Part shown: positions 28,453-42,431 of the stretch, one piece after another
Layout of the letters: each line of letters starts with the position of its first letter
How positions within the stretch are numbered: the first letter of the stretch is position 1
NCBI GenBank assembly: GCA_012295275.1
Contig: CM022669.1
Span: forward strand, 11,470,001-11,534,000
Reading direction: 5' to 3'
Length of the DNA stretch: 64,000 bases
Source: Chrysomallon squamiferum
Taxonomy: Eukaryota; Animalia; Mollusca
The notes under the pieces: model-generated
What the model was told of the DNA's origin: nothing
What the model saw: only the letters and a program-made list of their open reading frames with translations
The model's database searches: none
Program-made: the position numbers and the translations under genes

Positions 28453-30068
28453 TCACCTGACTTGCTTGCTTGAACCTTAATTGGATAAAATGTTAGCAAG
28501 AAAACAGTTCAGATAATTTTCTTCATCAATTGCTGCCAGAAGAAAGTGTGTGTCAGGTTGTGAAATTAATCTGAAATAAAATTACGTAATTACCTGTATT
28601 AATTTTCACCATTATTACTTGAGACAAGATGTACCTGCTGTATGCGTCTGCTTATCTTAAAGCTTTTGTAGCACAAAGCTTGGGAGAGAAAAAAACATTT
28701 CATCAGGAGATTTCAGTTTTATACAATATGTCGGTAAATTACATATCTGGGTTTTTGCATCAGTTGAGATAAATACGCTGGTGAAAGTAATTTTACTAAC
28801 TAACCTCTCTGTGTGTGTGTGTTACACACCTTTCAAAACGTCCACTGTGTGTGTGTGTGTGTTACACACCTTTCAAAACGTCCACTGTGTGTGTGTGTGT
28901 GTTACACACCTTTCAAAACGTCCACTGTGTGTGTGTGTGTGTTACACACCTTTCAAAACGTCCACTGTGTGTGTGTGTGTGTTACACACCTTTCAAAACG
29001 TCCACACTGTGTGTGTGTGTGTGTTACACACCTTTCAAAACGTCCACAGTGTGTGTGTGTGTGTTACACACCTTTCAAAACGTCCACAGTGTGTGTGTGT
29101 GTGTTACACACCTTTCAAAACGTCCACAGTGTGTGTGTGTGTGTTACACACCTTTCAAAACGTCCACAGTGTGTGTGTGTGTGTGTTACACACCTTTCAA
29201 AACGTCCACTGTGTGTGTGTGTGTGTTACCACTTTCAAAACGTCCACTGTGTGTGTGTGTTACACACCTTTCAAAACGTCCACTGTGTGTGTGTGTGTTA
29301 CACACCTTTCAAAACGTCCACAGTGTGTGTGTGTGTGTTACACACCTTTCAAAACGTCCACTGTGTCTCTGTGTGTGTTACACACCTTTCAAAACGTCCA
29401 CTGTGTCTCTGTGTGTGTTACACACCTTTCAAAACGTCCACTGTGTGTCTGTGTGTGTTACACACCTTTCAAAACGTCCACTGTGTCTCTGTGTGTGTGT
29501 TACACACCTTTCAAAACGTCCACTGTGTGTGTGTGTGTGTTACACACCTTTCAAAACGTCCACTGTGTGTGTGTGTGTGTTACACACCTTTCAAAACGTC
29601 CACTGTGTCTCTGTGTGTGTTACACACCTTTCAAAACGTCCACTGTGTCTCTGTGTGTTACACACCTTTCAAAACGTCCACTGTGTCTCTGTGTGTGTTA
29701 CACACCTTTCAAAACGTCCACTGTGTGTGTGTGTGTGTTACACACCTTTCAAAACGTCCACTGTGTGTGTGTGTGTGTTACACACCTTTCAAAACGTCCA
29801 CAGAAACACAAACCAGCTGTAGGCCACTGATTTATTTTAAAGAGAATCAATCTTTCAGAATCAAGAAAATTAAGTTAAACAGAAGAAACACAGATCTGAA
29901 TGAACTGACAAGACATTTTCCAGATTCAGACATCTTTTATGAAGTGTGAATATATCCTCTCTCCATGGAAACAACACTGAGATTTTTTTTTTTAGTAGGT
30001 TATGAAATAATAGATGTAAAGTGTACTGCCAAAAACAATAACATGAAAGCACAAACAGAAAATATGAT
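28453..30068. repeat. Right arm of long inverted duplication, with expanded 40-bp satellite
   Basis: Reverse-complement match to 21211-22230 on both sides of the internal array. Confidence 0.93.
28810..29802 (+). repeat. ~40-bp minisatellite, ~25 copies, GTTACACACCTTTCAAAACGTCCAC+(TG)n
   Basis: Directly visible tandem array; explains ORFs 28781, 28813 and 28815. Confidence 0.97.
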
Positions 30069-30374
30069 GTGAAAAACATCTTATTTGGTATATTCCAAAG
30101 CAAAAAAGCAACAAAACAACAACAACCATCCCCCCAGAAAAAACACAAACAAAACAAACAAACATGCTAGAAATAAATATAATAATAATAAAAAATAAAA
30201 TTTAGAAAATAGTTCAAGGATATTTGAAGATTTAAAGGATCAAAGTTAAACAGGCAGTGGCTGACAGCTGAAAATAAGTTTTATTTTAAAATATTCCTAC
30301 ACAAACATCTTACAGTCCATGAAAATATCATTAACAACTGAATTGTTACTTTAACTACTTCTGCTGCTGTTATG

Positions 30375-30497
<123 letters not shown>

Positions 30498-30894
30498 TAT
30501 TTTTAATAGGTTATGAAATAATAGATGTAAAGTCCACTGCCAAAAACAAAACATGAAAACAGAGATAATATGATTTTACTGCTACCACTATTACAACCAC
30601 AATAACTATTACTACTACTACTACTACTACTACCTATATTAACAGCACAACTTATACTATTACTATTTCAACTGCTGCTGTTTTCTTTCATTATCTGATT
30701 GCTATATTACACACTAAGATTACAGAGGTACAACACATTACTTTCCAGTTAGTTAAACCAGATTACTGCTAATTACATAATGATAGGCTGTGACATAACA
30801 CCTTTACTCAGGAAGTTCATCTTGTTACAACTGCTGATTTCTCAAACTAACTGTGATGAGGTAATGGTAAGAACAGTATATTGATATTTGCTAC

Positions 30895-31190
30895 GCAGAT
30901 ATTAAAGTTATTTAATAACACAGGATATGATATCAAGCTAGTTACAAATATGATATGTGATATGAAGTTATTTACTAATATGATGTATGGTATCAAGGTG
31001 TTTACTAATGTAATGTGTGATGTCAAGTTGTTTACTAAACTAATGTGTGATATCAAGTTATTTGCTAATGTAATGTGTGATATCAAGTTATTTACTAATG
31101 TAATGTATCATATCAAGTTATTTACTAAAGTAGTGTTTGATATCAAGTTATTTACTAATGTTTGGTATGATATCAAAGTTATTTATCAAA
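30895..31190 (+). repeat. 30-bp minisatellite x~10
   Basis: TGATATCAAGTTATTTACTAATGTAATGTG units. Confidence 0.9.
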
Positions 31191-34082
31191 GAATGTGATG
31201 ATAATGTTGAGTAATTTACCATTGCATGGTGTCATATCAAAGTATTGATTAACACATGGCATGTTGTTAGAATAATACTATGTAGGAGAAGGTGTTTGTA
31301 TATTTGTGTATATTGAGCAGGAAGCCACATACCTTAGATGTTTACAAAAATAATAAATTTGAATCTGATAATTTTAGTAAAGGACAATTCAGACTGCACC
31401 ATCCACCCCCAAAACCATTCGTTGAAATACACATTTTATATAAGTATCAAAAGGATTCCAGACATAAAAGAAATGTGTTTTTTTTCTTTCATTCTTTCTT
31501 TCTTTTTCTTTCTTTTTCTTTCTTTTTCTTTGAGCTTCAGGTCAGGCTGACCAGATCAAGAGCAAATTAAATAAGAGTTTCAAAGCACAGAAGCGAATGG
31601 GATGAAACCAGATTAGTTCTGCAGCTTACTTGCAACCAAACCTCTAGGTATTAAATATGTAACAGAGCAAGCTATTAAGCTGGGTAAATCAATTGAAATT
31701 GCTCCCAGAGGGACTGGTGATGAAAAATGATGATTTTTTTTTTTTAGCAGCTGTTTGTGGTGGGTGAGTTGGTGGGTGGGTGGGTGGTGGTGTGAGGATG
31801 GTTGCTGGGGGGGTTATGGGTCAGGTGAACCTAGTGAGGAAGGGATGGATGGATGGATGGATGGATGGAGGAGTGGCTGAGTGGGTGAAAGGGTTAACTG
31901 GTAATGGGGGATGGATTAATGGATGGATGACAGGTGAGTTTTATAGCTGGAATCGTAAATAGCGCAGAGCAGATACTGAAGATGGTTAAATGTGATTCAT
32001 CACGCCTTAGATTTCTAGAAACTGAAACACAATGCAATCCTGAATACAGATGGGTTAGTGATCGTGGCCCGTGGGTGTGGCTCTTTTGCCCTGATTACTG
32101 AGCCCACACACCCACTAATGAAATTTGATATCTAACTGTCTGGCCCCTAGTGTCTAAAAAAAACAAACTGTTTGATTTGTGAAGCTTTTGTCATACTGAA
32201 TGTCATTATGGATGTTTTATTATTACTTTCATTTATAATATATAATATAATAATGAAAGAAAATAATATAATAACAGTTCATTGTATGAATGTTGCCTGT
32301 CTTAACTTCACAGATTTTGCTTCAGGCCTGCAAGTTGGAAAAGGTTCTCAGTGTATGACTTAGAGGGTTACTGGACAAAAGCAGCACAAATCAAATGTGT
32401 AAAAAGTCTTCACAGATCTTTATTTTGTAAACAAGAACATAACTTTTAAAAATCATTTTAAAAAAAAAAATCAATTTGACAGTATCATGTTTTTATTCTA
32501 TTTTGAAGGGGTTTTTTTTCAGTAAAAACGTTGATATATAGATATAGACTCACCAGAAATAAATTAATATTATGATTTTCAGAGTACAGACTGGAATTTG
32601 CTGTTTTAAAGAACATTAATCTTAAACAAGCTTAATACAAACACAATCTACCAGCCTAATGTTTTATAATTCTAGTAAATGTTTGCTGTACATTAATAGT
32701 TTGGTTGAATATTTTTAAAGATTCATGGAAGTAAATGCAGATGTTGTAATGATTTTCTTTTTAACAGACTAATGGGGACAGAAAAAGAAGGTTGATATTT
32801 GAAATAAGAAGAATGAAATGAATTAATAAACACAACAGTTTCAAAAAACAAAAACATTTGTTGATAAATAATGAAATAACTAATCGATTCAACACTGTGT
32901 GATAGAAAGATATATCGATCAAATTCTTTATTTGATATGTGACAAATTATCTAAACATCCGAAACAAAACTAGCATGTACTTTAAGGATTTTTACATTAT
33001 AAACTGAGAAAAAGTACATAGTAATGAAAATGTCTGGCTGAAATTCCAAATTAAAAACTGAGATTACAAGATGGATTAGTCTTGAGATGAAAGCTGAGGA
33101 GATTCAAGTACAGATCCATGACTTTAGAAAGGTCAGAGGTGACATTATAAAGCTGTAGTGGACAGACCAGACTGGACAGACCAGACAGGACAAGATAGGA
33201 CAAGGATGGACAGGACAAGGATGGACAATACAGTGAAGTGCTATCCCATGCTGTCCTGGCCCATCCCACCCCACCCCAACCCCACCCCTTCTCTTCACAG
33301 TTGGGGAGGATTGGCAGGCATAGGTAAAATGATTAATATCCAACATCACCTCATTGTACAGGACTTGGCTGTGTCTCATTCAAGACAAAATGAATTTTTA
33401 TTAAAATGGAAATATTATTTTTATTACAATAATAATAACAGTAACAATAAAATATAATAAAATAAACATTGATTGACAAACAAAATGCATAGGGGTCAGT
33501 GGACACATCATGCAGATGATCTTTGAGTGGATATTGGCAAATGATAAATGAATATGTCTGAATCCATAGCTTTCCTCCATTTTGATATACATGGATGAAT
33601 TAACGATTTATTTGATGATGAATTACAGTTTTGTTTTTGAAGACTGCGGATAAGTCAATGACAGAAGGAATTGATTTATTTATATGTTTTTGTGGTTATT
33701 AGTAAACAGTGGACAAAAGAACAAATTTAAATTTGTTTCAGACGGCTTAAAATAAGATAAACAAAAGGATATTGGGTTATTGATTCTGAAAGAAAACATG
33801 GAGCAGTTACAGTTATGCAGATATCAACAGACACATAATCGTTATTCTAACATTAAGATGATAATAATGAAAATAATAATAAAAAATAATGTAAATTAAA
33901 AGATATAAAATGATAAGGAAAAAAAAAAAAAGGAAAAGCAGATAAAGAAAAGAAAATAAAAAGCACTGTAGAAGAAAATATGAACGATGTTTAAAGATAC
34001 TTTGTGAAATTATTCTATAACCATTTATTAGATATATATTTTTTTTACGTTTTTTTTTTGTAATTATAATTCATGTTCATCA

Positions 34083-34210
34083 TATTGAGACAGGAAACCT
34101 TCTGCTGACACACTATGAGTTATTTACTGAATAGTCATAATCAAGTAGCAGCAAGAACTCTTTTTTGCATACCTACCCATAGACAGGAATACACAAACCA
34201 TGGTCGTTTA
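34083..34210 (-). mobile_element. Decayed SINE-like dispersed repeat copy
   Basis: TAGCAGCAAG..TCTTTT..AGACAGG..CA[TA]ACC core shared with 44047-44130 and partly with 22925-22965. Confidence 0.45.
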
Positions 34211-36899
34211 TAGAGTGAAGATGTATACCAGCTGAATTAAAAATAGTCCAGCTGAAATGATTTTAACTTATAATGAATATTTTACTTTAGGTTATTTAAA
34301 AAAAAAAAATAATAATAATAATAATAAAAAAATAAAAATAATAATAATAAATAAATAAATAAATACATAAAAATTTATGTTGGAAGGAGAAAGAGGCTAA
34401 CGAATACATTAGTAAGAACTGAACCTCTTATCTTCCGACTCTCATGAAGCAGTGAATTAAATCCTGCTCCTTTAAATAAAAATAAAAATTTCTTTTTCTA
34501 AGAGAGATATCATCCTCTGCACACAGCTACAAACTGTCACAGAACTCAGCATTCGCAGAACACGAAGATACTCTTACCAATGTAAAGTATTGCATTTATT
34601 TCTGTTACGTCCCTTTGATGTAGCTCGCAGGTGGTGGAGGAAGGTTTTTATCCCACCAGGGAATCGTGGGAAATATAAAACCACTCTGTCATGCTGTCTG
34701 CTAATATTTGTCTTAGTGTAACCATCAGAACTCGGCTATTTTGCTTTCTTCAGCAGAATATGCAGGTGTGGATTTATTTTTAACTTTAGAGATTGATTTT
34801 TCTTTTTAACTGCGTCAGTCTGGTTAAGCGTAATAAGTTATAAATTAATTTATATTATCTGACGAGCACGTTTTCAATATATTATTGACATGTAGACGAT
34901 TTTGTGTCCATAGACACATAAAACATTATATGTTTTTGTAATAATGCATATTCATTCAAACATAGATACATACCAGACATTCTTCGCCGATTCACAAATA
35001 CATGCACATTAACACACACACATAAAAACACACACATATATATATATATACATACAGAGACACAGACAGGCACCCTGCTGAAATATTCCTGCACCATCTT
35101 GTCTTACATGGACCAAGCTATAAAGATATATTTTATTTATGACATTATTTACAATTACACTTTAGATATGACATCTGTGCAATACACATTCCAACAATCA
35201 AAACCAAACACATTTTTCAGATTTTTTTTATCTCTTATTTTTAATCTTTGTCATCTCGTTCTTTTCTTTCCTTAGCTTCCATCCATCCTGCATGTTGTGA
35301 CTGGTTACAGAATGATTCAACACGGAATCAATTCATAGGAAATTCTGCAATGTTCTGTTTCCTTTTCTGAAGAGTAAATAGTCCAGTATTTTGAGTTTTA
35401 GTGCTTTTCTTTGATTTCAGAGTAAAATTTTGCATGTAAATACCACACAGTTATTTTTTTAATTTTAATTTTTTTTTTTTTTTACACTGGATGTTTCCTT
35501 TTACTCACAAGCTTTTACAGAATGTTGAATCAGAAGTGAGGTGTGCAAATAGTCTTCATAGATTTTCATGCTGTACAGAAGGATAGCAGAAAATTGTTTT
35601 ATTTTTTTATTTTTTATGTTGTTTTTTTTTTGAACTTTCAAATTCAGCCTCAGTTTAATCATTTCTGTGATAGGAGATTGACATAAGCTGGGAAAATCTT
35701 TAAATTATAATTTTTTTTTAAATTTTATTTTAGATAAATATTGTATATTATTTGTAATTCGAAAGTACTGATGTGATACTGTTTTCAACTGCTGCTATTA
35801 TATTTCTCACTCATTATTATTATTTAATACAGCTACAACTGCTGCTACAGTTAGTGTTATGGTTTGTGTACATAATTTAAAAATGGACTGATTTCAGGAC
35901 TAAATTTAAAAAAAATTGATATTAGATTGGGTCATCATTTAAATCAATAAAACATTTGAAATGGTTTTTTACTTGAAAAAAAATCATGACTACTGGTACT
36001 AGTGATGTATGTCCATGTAACTCTGTTTTTCATTTTCCAGTAAAATGTGTCTTTATTAAAAAAAAAAAAAAAAAAAAAAGTTCTAGAATAATTTGATATC
36101 ACCACATTTAATTAGTAAATAGCTTCATATCATATCATGTATAATTTAAATAACTTTAATATCATACATTAAGAATGGAATTTGTTTTGAAATGGAGTAC
36201 AATATATTCAACTGTATTATTGTTAATAATATTTCCTACACTATGATACAAGGATATTTTAAATGATTTATTAGAATAATATAATACACATAACAGTCAT
36301 TAATGTATATTCATCAAACACTGGTCAGTTTCATTTGAAAAAGAAATAAATTTAAAAAAAATTCTCGTTGTTTCAGGAATTTTAAACACCATTGCTTCAA
36401 CCACTAACCTAATACTAATCTTTCCTATTATTAAAAATTAATAAAACTTATTATTTTCAATAATGACACGACAGTTCTTCATGTTTTATCATATATCTAT
36501 CATCCAGAAACAAAACGAGTAATTGTATGTCACTGTGTAGCCCTACATTTAATATTTCAGTTATTGTATTCAGAATACATTCTTCAAACATTAAATGAGA
36601 TTGGTAAATTTATAAAGTACAAGCGAATATAAAACTGACATGCAATAATTGGTTGGTTTTCCCAAGAGGGTATTAAGTTTAATGTGTCAGAACATTAGCT
36701 TTAAAAAAAAAAAGACATTGCACTGCTACATTTTTATAAATGTGTTAGTTTTGCTGAAATGCTTGTTTAAATGATCTCTGTGGACATATTACTTTTCCAA
36801 ACAGCTATGATTATCAATTAGCATTAAGATTTGATTCCCTAACCTAAAAGTTCTAAGATTTATTATTTAGAGCACATATAGAAAGACCAGTTATTCCAC

Positions 36900-38160
36900 A
36901 TGATATCAGTTTTATACTCTCCATTTGGCATGTTTTATAAATTATGTCTTGTGTTCATGCAGTATGTGCCATAAATTCTGTATATTACACCCTCTAGTCC
37001 ATGTACAATATACCATATATTTTATATACTACACTCTCTAGTCCATGCAGTATGTACAATAAGTTTTATATACTACACTCTCTAGTCCATGCAGTATGTA
37101 CAATAAGTTTGATATACTACACTCTCTAGTCTATGTAGTATGTATCATAAGTTTTATATACTACACCTTCTAGTCCATGCAGTATGTATCATAAGTTTTA
37201 TATACTACACTCTCTAGTCTATGTAGTATGTATCATAAGTTTTATATACTACACTCTCTAGTCCATATATGTATTATAAGTTTTATATACTACACTCTCT
37301 AGTCTATGTAGTATGTATCATAAATTTTATATACTACACTCTCTAGTCCATGCAGTATGTATCATAAGTTTTATATACTACACTCTCTAGTCCATATATG
37401 TATTATAAGTTTTATATACTACACTCTCTAGACCATGTAGTATGTATCATAAGTTTATATACTACACTCTTTAATAGAAGCAGGATGTACTATAAGTTTT
37501 ATATACTACACTCTTTAATAGAAGCAGGATGTACTATAAGTTTATATACTTCACTCTTTAATAGAAGCAGGATGTACTATAAGTTTATATACTTCACTCT
37601 TTAATAGAAGCAGGATGTACTATAAGTTTTATATACTACACTCTTTAATAGAAGCAGGATGTACTATAAGTTTTATATACTACACTCTTTAACAGAAGCA
37701 GGATGTACTATAAGTTTATATACTACACCCTTTAATAGAAGCAGGATGTACTATAAGTTTATATACTACACTCTTTAACAGAAGCAGGATGTACTATAAG
37801 TTTTATATACTACACTCTTTAATAGAAGCAGGATGTACTATAAGTTTATATACTACACTCTTTAACAGAAGCAGGATGTACTATAAGTTTATATACTACA
37901 CCCTTTAACAGAAGCAGGATGTACTATAAGTTTATATACTACACTCTTTAATAGAAGCAGGATGTACTATAAGTTTATATACTACACTCTTTAACAGAAG
38001 CAGGATGTACTATAAGTTTATATACTACACTCTTTAACAGAAGCAGGATGTACTATAAGTTTATATACTACACTCTTTAATACAAGCAGGATGTACTATA
38101 AGTTTATATACTACACTCTTTAATAGAAGCAGGATGTACTATAAGTTTATATACTACACC
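36900..38160 (+). repeat. 43-44-bp minisatellite with two sequence domains
   Basis: CTAGTCCATGCAGTATGTATCATAAGTTTTATATACTACACTCT up to ~37470, then TTAATAGAAGCAGGATGTACTATAAGTTTATATACTACACTCT. Confidence 0.96.
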
Positions 38161-38936
38161 CAGATGAACCATAAACTGAAAATGACCCAGACTGCCAATG
38201 TGGAATACTTAATCCACTATAATTATGTTGTTAACAGACAAAACAAAACAAAAATTTCAAACAGAAGCAAACATACAGTATTATTAATACATCTGATCTA
38301 ATAAATCATTTATTACCCAAAAGTAATAAACAACTGACATTTCTCCAGTTTTGTTCCAGTAGATAAAGAACGTAATACTGCAGCTAACTCTAATTTTCTT
38401 GTCTGAAACTTGCCCTGTGTTAACTTGATAGGTCATTGTCTTTCTCTAACAAACTTGTCAATCAAATTAAATTGGTTCATAACCAAATTTCCATTGTTTT
38501 CTAGTACAGTGCAATTGATTTTTGTAAACTCTTATAACTGTGTTCGATAAACTTATCAAATTCTAAATCTATACTTTGGGATCCTTTTTATTTTTTATTA
38601 TTATTATCTTTTTTTTTTTAAATGATAATATTTATTTTGATTAAAATACTGAAGCATATGGAAGAAAAAGAATGAAAATAACAAATGAATTGACTGCATA
38701 TGGCTTACTTGGTTTTAAAAATGCTAGAGATTGTTGTCATTTTAACACAGCCCAGTTATTCCATTCAGTCTTACCAATTTTTTAAGGACATTTTCTATAG
38801 ACAAGAAACCACTTGCCATGTCCTTTTGATATAGCAGATGTGAGGTGCTTTTAGAAAAGGAAAACTATTGAACAGTTTACCTGACGAGGATCAACCTCGC
38901 TAGTTGTCACTCCTCAAGAGAACATTCTTTCTCTTA

Positions 38937-39346
38937 TACATACAGCAGAGCCTTTCAAATTAACAAACTGTTAACTTTTTACACATACAGCAACAGCCTT
39001 TCAAACTACACAAACTGTTAACTTTTTACACATACAGCAACAGCTTTCAAACTACACAAACTGTTAACTTTTTACACATACAGCAACAGCCTTTCAAATT
39101 ACACAAACTGTTAACTTTTTACACATACAGCAACAGCCTTTCAAATTACACAAACTGTTAACTTTTTACACATACAGCAACAGCCTTTCAAATTACACAA
39201 ACTGTTAACTTTTTACACATACAGCAGCAGCCTTTCAAACTACACAAACTGTTAACTTTTTACACATACAGCTACAGCCTTTCAAACTACACAAACTGTT
39301 AACTTTTTACACATACAGCAACAGCCTTTCAAATTACACAAACTGA
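38937..39346 (+). repeat. 47-bp minisatellite x~8.5
   Basis: ACACATACAGCAACAGCCTTTCAAATTACACAAACTGTTAACTTTTT units. Confidence 0.95.
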
Positions 39347-40797
39347 CATAAAGCATGCTTATTAAGTGAAGATTTAGACTGGAAAATCCTGCCTTTTATC
39401 AGCACAAAAAAAATCACTTATCAACTTCTTCATGAATTATTTTGTTTTCACTAACAACCAAACAAAAGAGAAAATCATTAAAGACATAAATAAATATGAA
39501 ATAAACCAAAATGAAAAGAAAAAAAAAGAAGAAAAAATTCCATGTCATAATGACCTTGATACAAAATATCCCTGTGTGCTCGGAATACACATACAAGAGA
39601 AAGTTGATTAAAATTAATAATGAAATATCAGCCCCATCATGTGACTGAAGAATGCATGACCTTACATATTCTGAAAGTGACAGCAGTGGTGATCGGTCAG
39701 TCAAATGTTTCACTGATCAATGTAGACATAGGTGAAAACAAGTCCAGTGAAGCCCTTAAAGTTTTAATCAGGGGAGACGACTTGCATTGTGCTTCACTTG
39801 TTGACTGATCACTGGCATGTCATTTAGATGAGCTACTGAAGGAAATGGATCAGTCTAGAATTCCACTCAATTAGATTAGCTGTGTAAAGAATTATCCTCT
39901 CTGGCTTTGATACCAGCAGCCTTGCATTGACCTTACTGGAGCAGCAATTGTACAGAAAAGTCCTTGAATCAGAAACAGTAATTTAAATAATCCTTCACGA
40001 CACAAAATATTAGTTAACAATATATTTTGGATGGGCTTAGAAGTCCTTGATTCTGAAAAAGTCATTGATATTCCTTCATATAAGAAAATACTATGGAGTC
40101 ATCTGAACTGTACAGAAAAGTTTTTCATTCTGCAAGAATTATACAGAGGACCCTTCTTACAAGAGGACAAAAATGGATAGACTACTTTGAACTGAGTTCA
40201 TTAGCACAGTAATTATAAAGAAAAGACCTTAATGCTGAAAAAGCTGCATAGATGATCACTCTTATTGCAGAATATTGGTAAAAAAATCATCTGTGAATTG
40301 TACTTTCTGGTGACATAATTTATAGAAAAGTCCTTGGTTTCATAAATGTTATATACATGATAGATATAACTGCAGAAGATATGTAGATAGTGTGTAATGT
40401 TGTAACTATTCCATGAATGGACAAAGGTTCTTGTCTGTTCAGTTTTTGAAGGAGCACACATTAGTATAGCAATTGTGTGGATTGTCTGTTTTTGTGTAGA
40501 TTCATGTTGACTAGTACAATACTGTTGTTGATGATTCATTCTTTATGTGTGAATGGTTTTTATTGGTGAGGTGGTTCTTACGTGGTGGTTGCTTTGCAGA
40601 CATCATAGATTATAATTATACAGTAATTGAGAGAACTGATTTGTGCTGATGCTATAGTGTAGTTCATATACTAGTATCAGTTTGTACAATTGTCCAATTC
40701 ATTTCTGAATCACATAACAAATTCAAAAGCTCTTTCCCAGTAACATAATAGTAAATGTTATAGTAAATATTAATTTATCACAATCTGCACACTGTTT

Positions 40798-40839
<42 letters not shown>

Positions 40840-41388
40840 GTGTGTTTGAAAAAATTATTTTCACCCCTGATTAGTTTAAAAGACTCTTGTATGCTTTTAC
40901 TTTTAAGTATTATTAAAGCTAGAATTGGTTGTCGACTGACATGGTATCCGTACTATCATCCTGATCACTGCTTTCATTAAATGTTTGAACCGTCATCCTT
41001 TGGCTAAAAGGACATCACAGAAGCAGAGATAAAACTGTTTGCCAAGCAGCAGACAGGGTTTTAATGCTAATAATAAGCCTCAGTTAATATTGACAAAACT
41101 GTTGAACATTTCCCTTGCAGCTGTTTTCCATGACACTTAAAATGGCTGTCCTCCAGCCTAGTAAAAGAAAAAAAAAAAAAAATGTTTTCTTCTTCAGTCT
41201 GGTTAGAACTGCTGTGAAAACGCTTCAGGATATTCTCAGTGACATTAGCAGCAGATACCCTATTGTGGTTTATTGTAAAACAGAACTGAAGATTTTTGTT
41301 TCACAATTCATGGTTATGAGTTAGCTGACTGAATATTGCTGCTGTTGCTGCTGCTACTACTACTACTACCTTGCTAATTCTGCTACTG

Positions 41389-41711
41389 CAGGTACTGAAC
41401 CAATTATCTGGTGTCCTGAAATCCGGAAATACCCCAAAACTAGAAGGTTTTTTTCCGGAAGCTATTTTTATAATTCACGTATGCGGGTGTTGTCCTGACC
41501 AGACTGGAACTACTCTTTCAAGCTGCGTGGCGTTCTTTCACTCGCCGCATTGTTTACGTGTCGAGTCACCACAGTTGTGTATTGTCAATTTTCTTTTTGT
41601 TTTTAATTTTTAAATGTTTATGCCTAATTATTTACGCATTTAGATGCCTTGGTAGCAGAAATCTGGAAAGCCTCAGGCCCCAAGGAGTCCTGATAATTGG
41701 TCCGGTGCCTG
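41389..41711. mobile_element. MITE-like element, Tc1/mariner-pogo type
   Basis: ~23-bp imperfect TIRs CAGGTACTGAACCAATTATCTGG / CCTGATAATTGGTCCGGTGCCTG. Flanked by TG and TA (TA TSD with one change), inside an (ACT)n-like tract. Confidence 0.7.
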
Positions 41712-42394
41712 TACTACTATTACTACCACTACTAGTACTTACTATTATCACTGCTTATACTACTTCTACTAGTATTTCTACTGCTACTGCTGCTACTAGT
41801 ACTTTGCTAATTCTGCAACTACTACTACTACTATTACTTACTATCACCACTACTAGTACTTACCACAGTGCTAATACTACTTCTACCATCACTACTACTA
41901 GTAGTACTACTAATACTACTACTACTAACATTACCACCATTACTACTATTACCACAACTACAATTACTCTATATAGTACTACAACTACTCTACAACTTCT
42001 GCTATTACTACTGCTACTACAACTACCACTATTACTACTACTATTACTACTACTGCTGCTGCTAGTATCATTAATTTCCATTATAATCTCATTCATGAAT
42101 TAGAGCAAAACATTTGTAATTAATTGTAAAAAGACACACAGGTATATGGAACATCCATAGCAAATGAAACAGAGGCCAACTAAAAATCAAATGAAACTGA
42201 GTCACATTTGAAAACAGCATGACAGAAGGACAAATGACAACAGATCCTAAAAATAAATGTTTTATTTAATGATTTACATAGCACTGCTATAATGTGTGGG
42301 GTATGTGATGTCAATCATATGAAATATTTTTTTCTTCCATAAAAAGAAAAGATAAAAAATAATAATAATTTAATAAATCAGTGAATTTTGGGTC

Positions 42395-42431
<37 letters not shown>

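Noticed and set aside
28810-29802. CRISPR-like array (constant repeat with variable spacer)
   Set aside because: The spacers are only (TG)n/(TC) linkers, not unique sequences. There are no cas genes and the context is eukaryotic with spliceosomal introns.
28781-29949. 335-378 aa Cys/His-rich ORFs
   Set aside because: Open in all three frames because the satellite lacks stops on this strand.
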